A DNA stretch of 62,598 bases, filler included. It is 7 parts of 7 records of this genome, joined end to end, with 100 filler letters (N's around TTAATTAATTAA, not from the genome) between each part and the next. Parts side by side here need not be neighbours in the genome. Positions count along the whole stretch, not along the records: positions 10,604 to 20,700 come from DRR723986_9655; positions 20,801 to 27,359 come from DRR723986_9656; positions 27,460 to 37,883 come from DRR723986_9657; 4 more parts are not named here. One strand, 5' to 3'. The notes under the pieces are model-generated. The model searched no databases and was not told where the DNA came from. It saw only the letters and a list, made by a program, of their open reading frames with translations. The position numbers and the translations under genes were made by a program. Numbering within the stretch: position 1 is the stretch's first letter; each line of letters starts with the position of its first letter. Positions 18,572 to 28,565 of this stretch are shown here, piece by piece.

Positions 18572-19372
18572 TCAGCCCCAGTAAAACATCCCCGACTGTT
18601 TCCCGAGGATGGTTGCGGCAATGTGCCGGTCGCAGGCTTTGTTGGCGAGGCCATAGCACACGTGCAAGGGCAGGAGGTGCTCTTCCCGGGGGTGACAGAA
18701 CCGGGCATGGGGCGCTTGCTCCCAATCTGCCAGGCGCTTCGCCCGCTCCGGCTCCGACAGGGAGCTGTCGCCGCAGGTCTGTTCCAGCCAGTCCTCAAAG
18801 GCCAGATTACGGGCCTGGATTTCCGGTGTCTGTGCAGCAAAGAAGGCCCGCATGTTGTGGAACGAGAAGCCGGAGCCAAGCACCAGCAGGTGATCGTAAT
18901 CCAGTGCCTGCAATGCCCGGCCAATCGCAAGGTGCGTACTGGCGTCCAGAGTGTTGACCAGTGAGAGCTGAATGCAGGGAATATTTGCCTCCGGATACAT
19001 CAGTTTAAGCGGCACAAACGCGCCGTGATCCAGGCCCCGCTGGTCATCCAGGCGGGCCTGGATGCCAGCCTGATCCAGCGCCTGGGCGACCTGCTGCGCC
19101 AGCACCGGCTCACCCGGGCAGGGGTATTCGATCTTGTAGGCTTCCGAAGGAAAACCGTAATAATCGTAAATCAGCGACGGCGTAGTACCTGAGGTAATGG
19201 TCGGGATCGCCTCCTCCCAGTGGGCACTGATCACCAGTATCGCAGAGGGTTTGCGCAGGTCAGCCGCTAGCTCTGTTAACCGGTCCACCATGTCCTGGTG
19301 CCCGGGATCTCCCAGCAGCGGCATGGGGCCGCCACCGTGGGAAACAAACAGTACATCGGTCGCTTTGCTCAT
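18572..19372 (-). CDS. DODA/LigB-type (YgiD-like) extradiol dioxygenase
   Basis: SHGGGP, ISAHW, YDYYGFP, RGLDHG, GSGFSFHN and HPREEHLLPL. Confidence 0.9.
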   Translation of the reverse strand: MSKATDVLFVSHGGGPMPLLGDPGHQDMVDRLTELAADLRKPSAILVISAHWEEAIPTITSGTTPSLIYDYYGFPSEAYKIEYPCPGEPVLAQQVAQALDQAGIQARLDDQRGLDHGAFVPLKLMYPEANIPCIQLSLVNTLDASTHLAIGRALQALDYDHLLVLGSGFSFHNMRAFFAAQTPEIQARNLAFEDWLEQTCGDSSLSEPERAKRLADWEQAPHARFCHPREEHLLPLHVCYGLANKACDRHIAATILGKQSGMFYWG

Positions 19373-19387
19373 GGCGTTCTCCCCGGT

Positions 19388-19840
19388 TCAGCTTTCTTTC
19401 TGCAACAGGTTATCGACAGCGAACCGGCCTGCGCCCTGAATCGCCAGAGCGACGGTGGCGGCAAACAGCGTGAGTGCATACTCGTAACCATTATTGGCCA
19501 TAAACAAGCCATTACCGATATGCACCGCGAAAATGGCCACCAACATGGTGAAAGCCGCAACCACCGCCGCCGGACGTGTCAGTAGCCCGAGCACCAGTGC
19601 CAGACCGCCAAAGAATTCGGCACTACCTGCCAACAAGGCCATCAGGTAGCCTGGCTCCAGGCCAATACTGGCCAGCCATTGTCCGGTACCTTCCAGCCCG
19701 TATCCGCCAAACCAGCCGAACAGTTTCTGGGCACCATGCGCGGCCAGGATCAGACCCACCGGAACCCTCAGTGCCAGTGCGGCAAAGCCACCATTGGATT
19801 GGAGTAATGCCTTTGTGAATTGAGCGTTCATAATCATCAC
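19388..19840 (-). CDS. DoxX-family membrane protein
   Basis: HGAQKLFGWFGGYG, AEFFGG and NGYEY. Confidence 0.92.
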   Translation of the reverse strand: MMIMNAQFTKALLQSNGGFAALALRVPVGLILAAHGAQKLFGWFGGYGLEGTGQWLASIGLEPGYLMALLAGSAEFFGGLALVLGLLTRPAAVVAAFTMLVAIFAVHIGNGLFMANNGYEYALTLFAATVALAIQGAGRFAVDNLLQKES

Positions 19841-19996
19841 CTTAAGTCTTTCTCTGATTGGTTTATCCCGAAGCCCCGGCTTCAGGCCATGGGCTCACTT
19901 TACTATCACCAATCTCAAAGACTAAGATGACTCTTGTTGCCATATTATCGTCATTTTATTGATAATCATCCGCATAACTCCGATCAGGACACCGCC

Positions 19997-20700
19997 ATGG
20001 ACCGTATTGAAGCCATGCGCACCTTCGTGATGGTGGTCAACGAAGGCAGCTTCACACGAGCCGCTGACCGCCTGGACACCTCGCCGCAACTGGTCAGCAA
20101 ATACGTGTCTCAACTGGAGACATACCTGGGCGTCCGGTTGCTGAACCGCACCACGCGGAGGCTCCACCTGACCGAAGCAGGCAGGCAATATTACCCGCGG
20201 GCCCAGCAGGTGCTCAGCGATATTGATGATCTGGAAAATCAGCTCGGCGACCTGCAAACCGAGGCCCAGGGCTTGCTGCGCATCAGTGCCCCGGTTTCTT
20301 TCGCCATTCGCCACATGCCGGCCCTGCTGACCGAGTTCCAGCGAATGCACCCCGCCGTGGGTATTGATCTGCAACTCAATGACCGGAAAGTCGACATAGT
20401 CGAGGAAGGCTTCGACATCGCGCTGCGCATCGGCCGCCTGCAAAGCTCTTCCCTGATCGCCAAGCGGGTGGCGCCGGTGCGGCTGGTGCTGTGTGCCTCT
20501 CCAGCTTATCTGGCACGATACGGCACCCCCGGCAAACCGGAAGACCTCCGGGACCATCAGTACCTGCGCTACAGCTACATGGACCCGGATTCCAGCCATT
20601 CCCCGCAGAAGTGGCTGCAGGACAACCGCAGTGACAACCTGCAGGGAATGGTCAGCAACAACGGCGACGTGCTTGTCGAGGCAGCCATTGCCGGTGCCGG
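19997..20700 (+). CDS. LysR-family regulator, 3'-truncated
   Basis: MDRIEAMRTFVMVVNEGSFTRAA...LLNRTTRRLHLTEAG. Confidence 0.93.
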
Positions 20701-20800
20701 NNNNNNNNNNNNNNNNNNNNNNNNNNNNNNNNNNNNNNNNNNNNTTAATTAATTAANNNNNNNNNNNNNNNNNNNNNNNNNNNNNNNNNNNNNNNNNNNN

Positions 20801-21535
20801 GCCGAGGCCAGCCATGGCGATCTGGGCATGATGGCGCAGGGCGACGTGGCGCTGGTGCTGTCCAATTCCGGCGAAACGCCCGAATTGGCGGATATGGTCG
20901 CCTATACCCGCCGCTTTAACATCCCGCTGATCGGGGTCGCCAGCCGCCCCGACTCGACCTTGTTGAAACAATCCGACGTGGCGCTTGTCCTGCCCCGCGC
21001 CGAGGAGGCCTGTGGCTCCGGCATCGTGCCGACCACCTCGACCACGATGACACTGGCGCTTGGCGATGCGCTGGCCGTGGCCCTGATGGAACACCGCGCC
21101 TTTACGCCTGAAAACTTCCGCGACTTCCACCCCGGTGGCAAGCTGGGCGCGCGCCTGTCCAAAGTGCGCGACCTGATGCACGCAGGCACCGCCCTGCCCA
21201 CCATCGCAACCACCGCCCCGATGAGCGACACGCTGATCGAAATCAGCCAAAAAGGGTTCGGCGTCGCCGGTGTAACCCGCCCCGATGGCACCCTTGCGGG
21301 CATCATCACCGATGGGGATTTGCGTCGGAACATGGACGGACTGCTGGACCTGACCGCCGAACAGGTCATGACCGCGGACCCCACCACCATCGGCCCCGAT
21401 GCATTGGCCGAAGAAGCCGTCGCCATCATGAACGCACGCAAAATCACCTGCCTGTTTGTGGTTGATCCCGATGGCCCGGCCACCGCACAGGGTCTGCTGC
21501 ACATCCACGACTGCCTGCGCGTTGGTCTGGGTTAA
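20801..21535 (+). CDS. kdsD: Arabinose-5-phosphate isomerase (SIS + CBS), 5'-truncated
   Basis: EASHGDLG, SNSGET, PTTSTT, FHPGGKLG and ITDGDLRR. Upstream of lptC. Confidence 0.95.
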   Translation, partial: AEASHGDLGMMAQGDVALVLSNSGETPELADMVAYTRRFNIPLIGVASRPDSTLLKQSDVALVLPRAEEACGSGIVPTTSTTMTLALGDALAVALMEHRAFTPENFRDFHPGGKLGARLSKVRDLMHAGTALPTIATTAPMSDTLIEISQKGFGVAGVTRPDGTLAGIITDGDLRRNMDGLLDLTAEQVMTADPTTIGPDALAEEAVAIMNARKITCLFVVDPDGPATAQGLLHIHDCLRVGLG

Positions 21536-21552
21536 TTAGGGGGCCCGGTCGC

Positions 21553-22152
21553 TTGGATTTCTATTCCCGCATGGTGCGATTGCTCAAGGTTCTGCTGCCT
21601 CTGGCGGCCCTTGTCCTGCTGTCGACCCTGTTTTTGATTTCCCGCAGCATTGGCCCCACCGCAGATATTCCCTTTGCCGAAGACGAAATTGCCGACCGGA
21701 TGCGCGATCAGCAAGTCACCAAACCCTATTTCTCTAGCACCACGCCCGCGGGCGAAGAAATCACCGTGACCGCCAGCCGCGCCAGCCCCGGCGGCACGAA
21801 CGCCCCAGCCGTGGTGACTGACCTGAATGGCTGGCTCAAACTGACGGACGGCAAAGTCATTACTCTGACCTCAGACACTGGCGAGGTTCGCATGAACAAG
21901 AACCAAGCCAAGTTTCTGGGAAATGTGCTGATCACCTCGACGGATGGCCTGCGCATAACTACCGATGAATTGCACTCAGCCCTCCGAGGGATCGCCGCCC
22001 AAACCCCGCGAGAGGTCGCCGCAAGCGGGATAATCGGGGATTTTACGGCGGGTAATATGGATATCACTACAAAAAATGGTGACGGACCTGTCCATATGCT
22101 TTTCAAAAATGGGGTTAAGCTGGTATACCAGCCGCAAAATTCAGAAAGATAA
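21553..22152 (+). CDS. lptC: LPS export protein LptC
   Basis: Single N-terminal TM helix and beta-rich body; sits between kdsD and lptA. Confidence 0.85.
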   Translation: MDFYSRMVRLLKVLLPLAALVLLSTLFLISRSIGPTADIPFAEDEIADRMRDQQVTKPYFSSTTPAGEEITVTASRASPGGTNAPAVVTDLNGWLKLTDGKVITLTSDTGEVRMNKNQAKFLGNVLITSTDGLRITTDELHSALRGIAAQTPREVAASGIIGDFTAGNMDITTKNGDGPVHMLFKNGVKLVYQPQNSER

Positions 22153-22155
22153 CCA

Positions 22156-22647
22156 GTGCCGAACATCCGCGTTTTGATTGTCAGTCTCCTGTTTGCCCTC
22201 GGCGCAGCCCCTGTTTTGGCCCAATCCGCCAACGTTGCGTTTGGCGCAATCAAGGCTGATCCCTCCCTTCCGGTCGAAGTCACCGCCGACACCTTAGATG
22301 TAAATCAGGAAAACGGTTCGGCTGAATTTCTGGGGAATGTCGTTGTGGGACAGGGCGAAATGCGCCTGTCGGCCAAACGCGTGCTGGTGATCTACAACCA
22401 AGAAGCCAGCGGTATCGAACGGATGGAGGCCACCGGCGACGTTGTTTTGGTCAGCGGCCCCGACGCGGCTCAAGCCGAACGCGCAGATTACACCATCGAC
22501 AGCGGTGTGATCGTGATGACCGGAAACGTGCTGCTGACGCAGGGCCAAAACGCGCTGACCTCGAACAAAATGACGGTGAATCTGATCACCGGAACCGCGC
22601 AGATGAATGGTCGTGTGAAAACAATCCTGAATTCGGACAAGAATTGA
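22156..22647 (+). CDS. lptA: LPS transport periplasmic protein LptA
   Basis: Signal peptide and OstA-like motifs [15 protein letters not shown] and GRVKTIL. Confidence 0.92.
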   Translation: MPNIRVLIVSLLFALGAAPVLAQSANVAFGAIKADPSLPVEVTADTLDVNQENGSAEFLGNVVVGQGEMRLSAKRVLVIYNQEASGIERMEATGDVVLVSGPDAAQAERADYTIDSGVIVMTGNVLLTQGQNALTSNKMTVNLITGTAQMNGRVKTILNSDKN

Positions 22648-23405
22648 TGAGCAGCCCGAAACTAACAGTGACCGAGGGCGCCTCGGGCCTGAAAATTGAT
22701 AAACTGCGCAAATCCTACAGCAAAAAGACCGTCATCCGCGACGTGTCGATGACGCTTGGCCGCTCCGAAGTGGTCGCCCTGCTGGGTCCAAACGGGTCGG
22801 GCAAAACCACCACATTCTATTCCGTGGCGGGGCTGGTCTTTCCCGAGGCGGGCACCGTCACCATTGATGGCCAGAACGTCACCACCCTGCCGATGTACCG
22901 CCGCGCGCGCCTTGGCATCGGCTACCTGCCCCAAGAGATGTCGATCTTTCGCGGTCTCAGCGTCGAAGAGAATATTTCCGCCGTTTTGGACGTGACCATC
23001 AAACACGGCCACAAACGCAAAGAACGACTCGAGGAACTGCTGTCAGATTTCTCCATCGAACACTTGCGCCGCGCCCCCGCGCTGGCGCTGTCAGGGGGCG
23101 AACGTCGCCGCGTGGAAATCGCCCGCTGCCTGGCCGCCGATCCCAAATATCTGCTGTTGGATGAACCCTTTGCGGGCGTTGATCCGATCAGCGTTGGCGA
23201 TATCCGCCACCTTGTTGCCGACCTCAAAAAACGGGGCATCGGGGTTCTGATCACCGACCACAATGTGCGCGAAACCCTCGAGATCGTCGATCGCGCCTAT
23301 ATCCTGCACGATGGCAAGATGTTGATGTCCGGCACCCCCGAAGAGGTGGTCGACAACGAAAATGTCCGCCGCGTGTATCTCGGCGAAAACTTCCGCATTT
23401 CCTGA
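22647..23405 (+). CDS. lptB: LPS export ABC ATPase LptB
   Basis: [34 protein letters not shown] and [10 protein letters not shown]. Confidence 0.97.
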   Translation: MSSPKLTVTEGASGLKIDKLRKSYSKKTVIRDVSMTLGRSEVVALLGPNGSGKTTTFYSVAGLVFPEAGTVTIDGQNVTTLPMYRRARLGIGYLPQEMSIFRGLSVEENISAVLDVTIKHGHKRKERLEELLSDFSIEHLRRAPALALSGGERRRVEIARCLAADPKYLLLDEPFAGVDPISVGDIRHLVADLKKRGIGVLITDHNVRETLEIVDRAYILHDGKMLMSGTPEEVVDNENVRRVYLGENFRIS

Positions 23406-23660
23406 TACTTAGGCCAAATTCCGCTGATCCCCGCGCGAATTTTTCGAACTTTCTGCACCACTTACGATTGACTCTTTGCCCGTCTCTTGCGTCAATTGCA
23501 CTATGGCAAACCTGCGGTCTGAAGCTGTCCTCGGTCGTCCCTTCGTTGAAGGGTTCGAACGCATACAGCCGCGGCACCTGCCTAATCCCATCATCCGACA
23601 ATAACAGGTGCGCCCAAATTATTGGGCGTGAAAACGGATGAGAATAGCGAAGGAGAACAC

Positions 23661-24224
23661 ATGCGTTACCAAATCAGCGGAAAACAGATTGATATCGGTG
23701 AAGCCCTGCAAACTCACGTGCAGACCGAATTGGGCGAGGTCGTCAAAAAATATGCGGAACGCCCGACCGATGCCAACATCGTCTTTTCCCGTTCGGCGCA
23801 TGAATATGTATGCGAAACCACCGTCCATCTGTCGACTGGCCTGACGGCGCAAGCCAAGGCACACGCGACTGAAATCTATGCAGCTTTCCAAGGTTGCAGT
23901 GATAAAATGGAAAAACAGCTGCGCAGATATAAGCGCAGGCTCAAGGACCACCACAAGGACCGCGCTGAGCCGGTTGAACTCTTTGGCGCATCCTCGTATA
24001 TCCTCGCGTCTGACGAGTCCCACACAGAGGCCGAGCCTGATACGCTCCAGCCTGTGATCGTGGCAGAAATGGAAACCAAGATTCCCTCGCTCTCGGTCGG
24101 AGAGGCAGTGATGCAGATGGAATTGGCCGGCGCACCGGTCCTGGTTTTCCGAAAAGAAGGCAAAGACGGATTGAATGTCGTGTATCGTCGAGAAGACGGA
24201 AACATCGGCTGGATCGATCCGTAA
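23661..24224 (+). CDS. hpf: Long ribosome hibernation promoting factor
   Basis: MRYQISGKQIDIGEAL, EKQLRRYKRRLKDH and NVVYRREDGNIGWIDP. AGGAG RBS. Confidence 0.95.
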   Translation: MRYQISGKQIDIGEALQTHVQTELGEVVKKYAERPTDANIVFSRSAHEYVCETTVHLSTGLTAQAKAHATEIYAAFQGCSDKMEKQLRRYKRRLKDHHKDRAEPVELFGASSYILASDESHTEAEPDTLQPVIVAEMETKIPSLSVGEAVMQMELAGAPVLVFRKEGKDGLNVVYRREDGNIGWIDP

Positions 24225-24289
24225 AGGCAAGAATTTAGATATGTGTGTCCTCGCATCTTGCGGGGACATCATTTTGGAGCAAGCACGGT

Positions 24290-24754
24290 ATGGAGCTTTC
24301 AAGCATCCTTAAACCCGAAGCGGTCCGGGTCTTCTCGGCTGCGTCGAGCAAAAAGCGTCTTTTTCAAGAGATCGGCGATCTCGCGGCCAGCGCTCTGGGC
24401 ATGAATGCCCAAGCCACCGTCGAGGCCCTGATGGAACGCGAAAGCCTTGGCCCAACCGGCGTCGGCAGCGGCGTCGCCCTGCCGCATGCGCGCATGCCGG
24501 GTCTGGAACAGGTCAGCGCCGTGTTTGTGATGCTGGAAAAACCGATCGATTTCGGCTCGGTCGACCGCCAGCCTATTGATATCGCCTTTGCCCTGTTCGC
24601 CCCAGAAGAGGCCGGTGTGGAACATCTCAAGGCACTGGCGCTTGTCTCGCGCACCCTGCGGGTGCCAGCGGTCTGCGCCAAATTGCGGGCCAACCTGAAT
24701 CCCGGAACGCTCTATGCGATTCTGACGGAACCACAGGCGGTTCAAGCCGCCTAA
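24290..24754 (+). CDS. ptsN: PTS EIIA(Ntr)
   Basis: ERESLGPTGVGSGVALPHAR (phospho-His) and HLKALA. Confidence 0.95.
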   Translation: MELSSILKPEAVRVFSAASSKKRLFQEIGDLAASALGMNAQATVEALMERESLGPTGVGSGVALPHARMPGLEQVSAVFVMLEKPIDFGSVDRQPIDIAFALFAPEEAGVEHLKALALVSRTLRVPAVCAKLRANLNPGTLYAILTEPQAVQAA

Positions 24755-24795
24755 ACGGTGCCGCCTACACGGGCGGACCAGCACCCCAGACACAC

Positions 24796-24820
24796 AAAAG
24801 GCCCCAGCGGGGCCTTTTTT
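24796..24820. terminator. Bidirectional intrinsic terminator
   Basis: AAAAGGCCCC-AGC-GGGGCCTTTTTT between convergent genes. Confidence 0.85.
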
Positions 24821-24846
24821 ATTGGGTCGATGTGATCAGACAGGTG

Positions 24847-25359
24847 TTAGCCACCCATCTCCAATGTCCACCACAACTTGCCGCTTTTTTCCTGATGCCA
24901 AGCAAAGCCCATGTTGATGGCATTTTTATCCATCAGAACAGACCGCGTTCCATCCTCTTCCATCCAGGCCGCCAATGTTTCCAGCTCGGTTTCATAGGTT
25001 TCCGAAATCGCTTCGCCGATCAGCGGGCCGGGATATCCCGCGCGGGCCGCCCGATCCAACGGGGATGACCCGTCCGACCCAAAATGCCACGGGCGGTTCT
25101 GCGCCGACATATCCCGCGCATGGGTGGCCGCGGCCGCATTCAACTGCGCATTCAACTCAACCGGGGCCAACCCCGAGGCCGAGCGCAGCGCATTCACCGA
25201 ATCAAGCATCCGGAATTGCAACTTGGATGAATCCCCCCGAACCCGGTACACTTTCGGCAAAGGTTTGCCGTCTGCGCCCAAACTCTGCGAATTATTCGAC
25301 GGGGTACACGCCGCCACTACGACAAAACATGCCAACAAAAGGGAAAAAATGCGCGTCAT
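24847..25359 (-). CDS. CAP (SCP)-domain lipoprotein
   Basis: Lipobox VAAC, VNALR, AAAATHARDM and HFGSDGSSP. Confidence 0.9.
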   Translation of the reverse strand: MTRIFSLLLACFVVVAACTPSNNSQSLGADGKPLPKVYRVRGDSSKLQFRMLDSVNALRSASGLAPVELNAQLNAAAATHARDMSAQNRPWHFGSDGSSPLDRAARAGYPGPLIGEAISETYETELETLAAWMEEDGTRSVLMDKNAINMGFAWHQEKSGKLWWTLEMGG

Positions 25360-25526
25360 GGGCCACCTGAATAGATCCGTTACAGAGCCAAATACCCTGA
25401 CTGGCCCCTCGGCGCAAATGCGCAAACGCAACAGAGCCCAACCAAAGCATGGTTTGATTTGCGACTGAGGCTTTCTAGCCATATCATAGCCTAAATTTCG
25501 ATATTAACGCGTAAAGGTCTGCCCAA

Positions 25527-26126
25527 ATGGTTAAAAAGCTTTCTTTGCCCCCGTCGCGGCGCACATTTCTGGTCGGCGCCGCCAGCACACTGGCAACCCC
25601 CGCTCTGGCGCAATTCGTGCCTGATGACCCATTGCGCCCCGCCCCCGAACCCGAAGCTCCGGTGCGCCGCAATACCTCCAGTTTCCGCGCCATGAGCTGG
25701 AAACCCTATTTCTCGAACACCCGAAACGGGGCCATTCTGGTCGATACAACATCGCGGGCGCTGCATTATTGGTCTGACGATCAATCGGTCTACAAACTCT
25801 ATCCCTCATCTGTCCCGCTGACAGATGAATTGACACGCCGTGGTCGCACCAGCGTCATCCGCAAGGTCGAAGGCCCCGGTTGGTCCCCAACGCCCTCTAT
25901 GAAAAAGCGCAATCCGGAATGGCCAGACCACATTCCGCCCGGTCCGGACAATCCGCTGGGCACCCATGCTTTGTATCTCAGCTGGAAATATTACCGCATC
26001 CACGGCACCCACGATACGCGCAAAATCGGCCGCAGATCTTCAAACGGCTGCATTGGTTTATACAATCAGCATATTGCTGAATTGTTCTCAATGACCAAGG
26101 TAGGCACCCAAGTGTTGCTAATTTGA
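25527..26126 (+). CDS. L,D-transpeptidase (YkuD) with Tat signal
   Basis: SRRTFL, NPLG and YRIHGT...SSNGCI. Confidence 0.93.
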   Translation: MVKKLSLPPSRRTFLVGAASTLATPALAQFVPDDPLRPAPEPEAPVRRNTSSFRAMSWKPYFSNTRNGAILVDTTSRALHYWSDDQSVYKLYPSSVPLTDELTRRGRTSVIRKVEGPGWSPTPSMKKRNPEWPDHIPPGPDNPLGTHALYLSWKYYRIHGTHDTRKIGRRSSNGCIGLYNQHIAELFSMTKVGTQVLLI

Positions 26127-26266
26127 CCACATTTCACTGCTCCGAGTCCGAAATTGGACAACTAGCATTTGCATTCCAGCCTAGTAGCTGGTTAGAAAAA
26201 ACCACGAGGTAAGTCTTGGGTGCACGACTCATATGTTGAATGTCGTGCGAATTCTGGAGGTTAATT

Positions 26267-26449
26267 ATGAAGAAACTTGTACTGGCCGCAGCTCTGACTG
26301 CAGCAGCATCAACCGTATCCGCTGGCAACATTGCTGAGCCTATCGTTGAAGCACCTGTAATCGTCGAAGAAACACGCAGCTCTTCAAGCGGCATCCTGCT
26401 GCCCCTGATCCTGCTGGTTCTGGTTGGCGCAGCTGTAGCAAGCTCTTAA
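26267..26449 (+). CDS. Small (60 aa) exported/membrane protein
   Basis: GGAGG RBS, signal peptide MKKLVLAAALTAAASTVSA, acidic/proline-rich spacer, hydrophobic C-terminus and its own terminator. Confidence 0.85.
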   Translation: MKKLVLAAALTAAASTVSAGNIAEPIVEAPVIVEETRSSSSGILLPLILLVLVGAAVASS

Positions 26450-26470
26450 GCTTTTTACAGACGAAATTGG

Positions 26471-26506
26471 AAAAGGCAGCGAAGCAATTCGCTGCCTTTT
26501 TCTTTT
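26471..26506. terminator. Intrinsic terminator
   Basis: AAAAGGCAGCGAA-GCAA-TTCGCTGCCTTTTT. Confidence 0.9.
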
Positions 26507-26599
26507 GCGCTCATGATGCGTAAATTTCAAAGATGTAATCGTTCAAGTTGCCGACGTCAGCGAAACCGACGCCAGCCCCTCAGAACGGTCAAACGGACC

Positions 26600-27358
26600 T
26601 CAGTCCAACCACCCCTTCAGATTGCTCTCAACCACCGCGCCCAACGCCGCAATATGCGCGTCGTCGTCGTTCAGGCAAGGAATATAGGTAAACACCTCTC
26701 CGCCCGCGTGCTCAAAGCTCTCTTTGATCTCTTCGTTGATCTCTTCCAACGTCTCGATGCAGTCCGCCGAAAACGCAGGCGCACAGATCGCAATGTTCTT
26801 TTTGCCCTGCTTCGCCAACTCGGCCACATGCTCAACCGTATAGGGTTTCAGCCACTCTTCGGGACCGAATTTGGATTGGAACGTCGACATGATCTCGGTC
26901 TCGTCCCAGCCGAGCCGTTCCCGCAGCAGACGCGTGGTCTTGGCACATTGGCAATGATACGGGTCGCCCTGCATCAGATACCGCTCGGGCATCCCGTGAT
27001 AGGAACACACCAGAATATCGGGGCGCGTCTCTAGATCGCCGTAAGCGCGCTCGATCGATTGGGCCAGCGCATCGATGTATTCAGGGCGATCAAAATAGGG
27101 CGCCACAGTGCGACTCGCTGGTTGCCAGGCCTCGTCCATCAACGCCCGAAAGAACTGATCATTGGCCGTGGCCGAGGTCGCCCCCGCGTATTGTGGATAA
27201 AGGGGAAAAAACAGAATTTTTTCGCACCCGGCTGCCACCATTTCGCGCACTTTGGATTTGGTCGACGGATTCCCGTATCGCATACAGTAATCCACCATCA
27301 CCTGATCACCGTACCGATCCTGCATCGCTGCGGCCATTTTGGCGGTCTGATCCTTGGT
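26600..27358 (-). CDS. hemH: Ferrochelatase, 5'-truncated
   Basis: MRYGNPS, PLYPQYA, SYHGMP, GDPY, FQSKFG, WLKPYT and DCIETLEEI. Confidence 0.96.
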   Translation of the reverse strand, partial: TKDQTAKMAAAMQDRYGDQVMVDYCMRYGNPSTKSKVREMVAAGCEKILFFPLYPQYAGATSATANDQFFRALMDEAWQPASRTVAPYFDRPEYIDALAQSIERAYGDLETRPDILVCSYHGMPERYLMQGDPYHCQCAKTTRLLRERLGWDETEIMSTFQSKFGPEEWLKPYTVEHVAELAKQGKKNIAICAPAFSADCIETLEEINEEIKESFEHAGGEVFTYIPCLNDDDAHIAALGAVVESNLKGWLD

Positions 27359-27462
27359 GNNNNNNNNNNNNNNNNNNNNNNNNNNNNNNNNNNNNNNNNN
27401 NNNTTAATTAATTAANNNNNNNNNNNNNNNNNNNNNNNNNNNNNNNNNNNNNNNNNNNNACA

Positions 27463-27487
27463 GGGTCGAGCCCTTAGGGCTCGACCC
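27463..27487. repeat. REP-like palindrome
   Basis: GGGTCGAGCCCT-T-AGGGCTCGACCC at the contig start. Confidence 0.65.
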
Positions 27488-27639
27488 CGATTTTTCGCGG
27501 CAAAATAATCCAGAATCCAGCCAGACTTGTTACCCAATTCCAATCCTCCACTGACTCCCCATCCCACAACCAACGCATTCGCCTCAACACATTGTCGCTA
27601 GTCTCGGGCTCTACACCTTTGACTCAGCGTTTTTGGGTA

Positions 27640-27681
27640 GGCTCAAGAGTTTGAGACTTGTCACTCAGCGACTAACAAAAA
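27640..27681 (+). repeat. Dispersed intergenic repeat, copy C (inverted relative to A/B)
   Basis: Reverse complement TTTTTGTTAGTCGCTGAGTGACAAGTCTCAAACTCTTGAGCC aligns with 37534-37575. Confidence 0.75.
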
Positions 27682-27810
27682 TGGACTTGGTAGAAAAGTA
27701 AGCCGGAAGTGATTGAACGCACGGCGCGCAGCCACACACTGAATGCCGGTGCTGATTCGTTCGGATAAACTCAGCCGACTGCCTCTAATTTGAATTATGT
27801 AGATTTGCAC

Positions 27811-28527
27811 ATGCCTACGATCATCAAGAAAGTTGCGATTGCACTCGTGACGGTGTTTTACAGTTTTTTGGCGCTGGCCGCCATGCCCTTTGACAGGCGT
27901 GGACGCAGTTATATCGTGCTCGCCAGAAGTTGGTCGCGACAGCTGCTGCGCGTAGCCGGAGTGCGCCTTAAGGTTGTGGGGCAGGTGCCCAGGGAAGCGG
28001 GACAGAACTACGTCTATGCCGCCAACCACACCAGCTATTTTGATATTCCGGTAATTCTCGCTGCGCTTGATGATGACGTGCGCATTATCTACAAACAGGA
28101 ACTTGAAAAAGTCCCCCTGTTTGGATTCCAGCTGCGTAAGTCGCCGTTTATATCGATAGATCGCTCGGATCCGCGCCGTGGAATGCAGAGTATGCAACAA
28201 GCCATTGAAGTGATTCGCGAAGGCGCTTCCGTACTTGTCTTTCCCGAAGGACGCCGCTCGGAAGACGGAATGCCCGCCGAGTTCAAACGCGGTGCTTTTA
28301 TGCTCGCCTCGCGCGCCGGAAAAGCCATCGTGCCCGTTGCCGTCGTGGGTAACCACAAAGTCATGCCGCGCGGGGGCAAAGAGATTGTCGGTGGCGAAGT
28401 CACAGTCTATATCGGCGACGCACTGCCGGCCCTTGCTGCACCCAACAAAGTTGCCGAACAGGAAATGATGCAGACAATTCACAGCTTTATTGACGAGCGC
28501 GTGCGCAACGCCCCGGCAGCCGAATAA
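27811..28527 (+). CDS. plsC: 1-acyl-sn-glycerol-3-phosphate acyltransferase
   Basis: NHTSYFD (HX4D), FPEGRRS and FKRGAF. Confidence 0.92.
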   Translation: MPTIIKKVAIALVTVFYSFLALAAMPFDRRGRSYIVLARSWSRQLLRVAGVRLKVVGQVPREAGQNYVYAANHTSYFDIPVILAALDDDVRIIYKQELEKVPLFGFQLRKSPFISIDRSDPRRGMQSMQQAIEVIREGASVLVFPEGRRSEDGMPAEFKRGAFMLASRAGKAIVPVAVVGNHKVMPRGGKEIVGGEVTVYIGDALPALAAPNKVAEQEMMQTIHSFIDERVRNAPAAE

Positions 28528-28565
28528 ACTCAAGCTTAACAGACATCTTTGCCCGGAAAAGTTTT

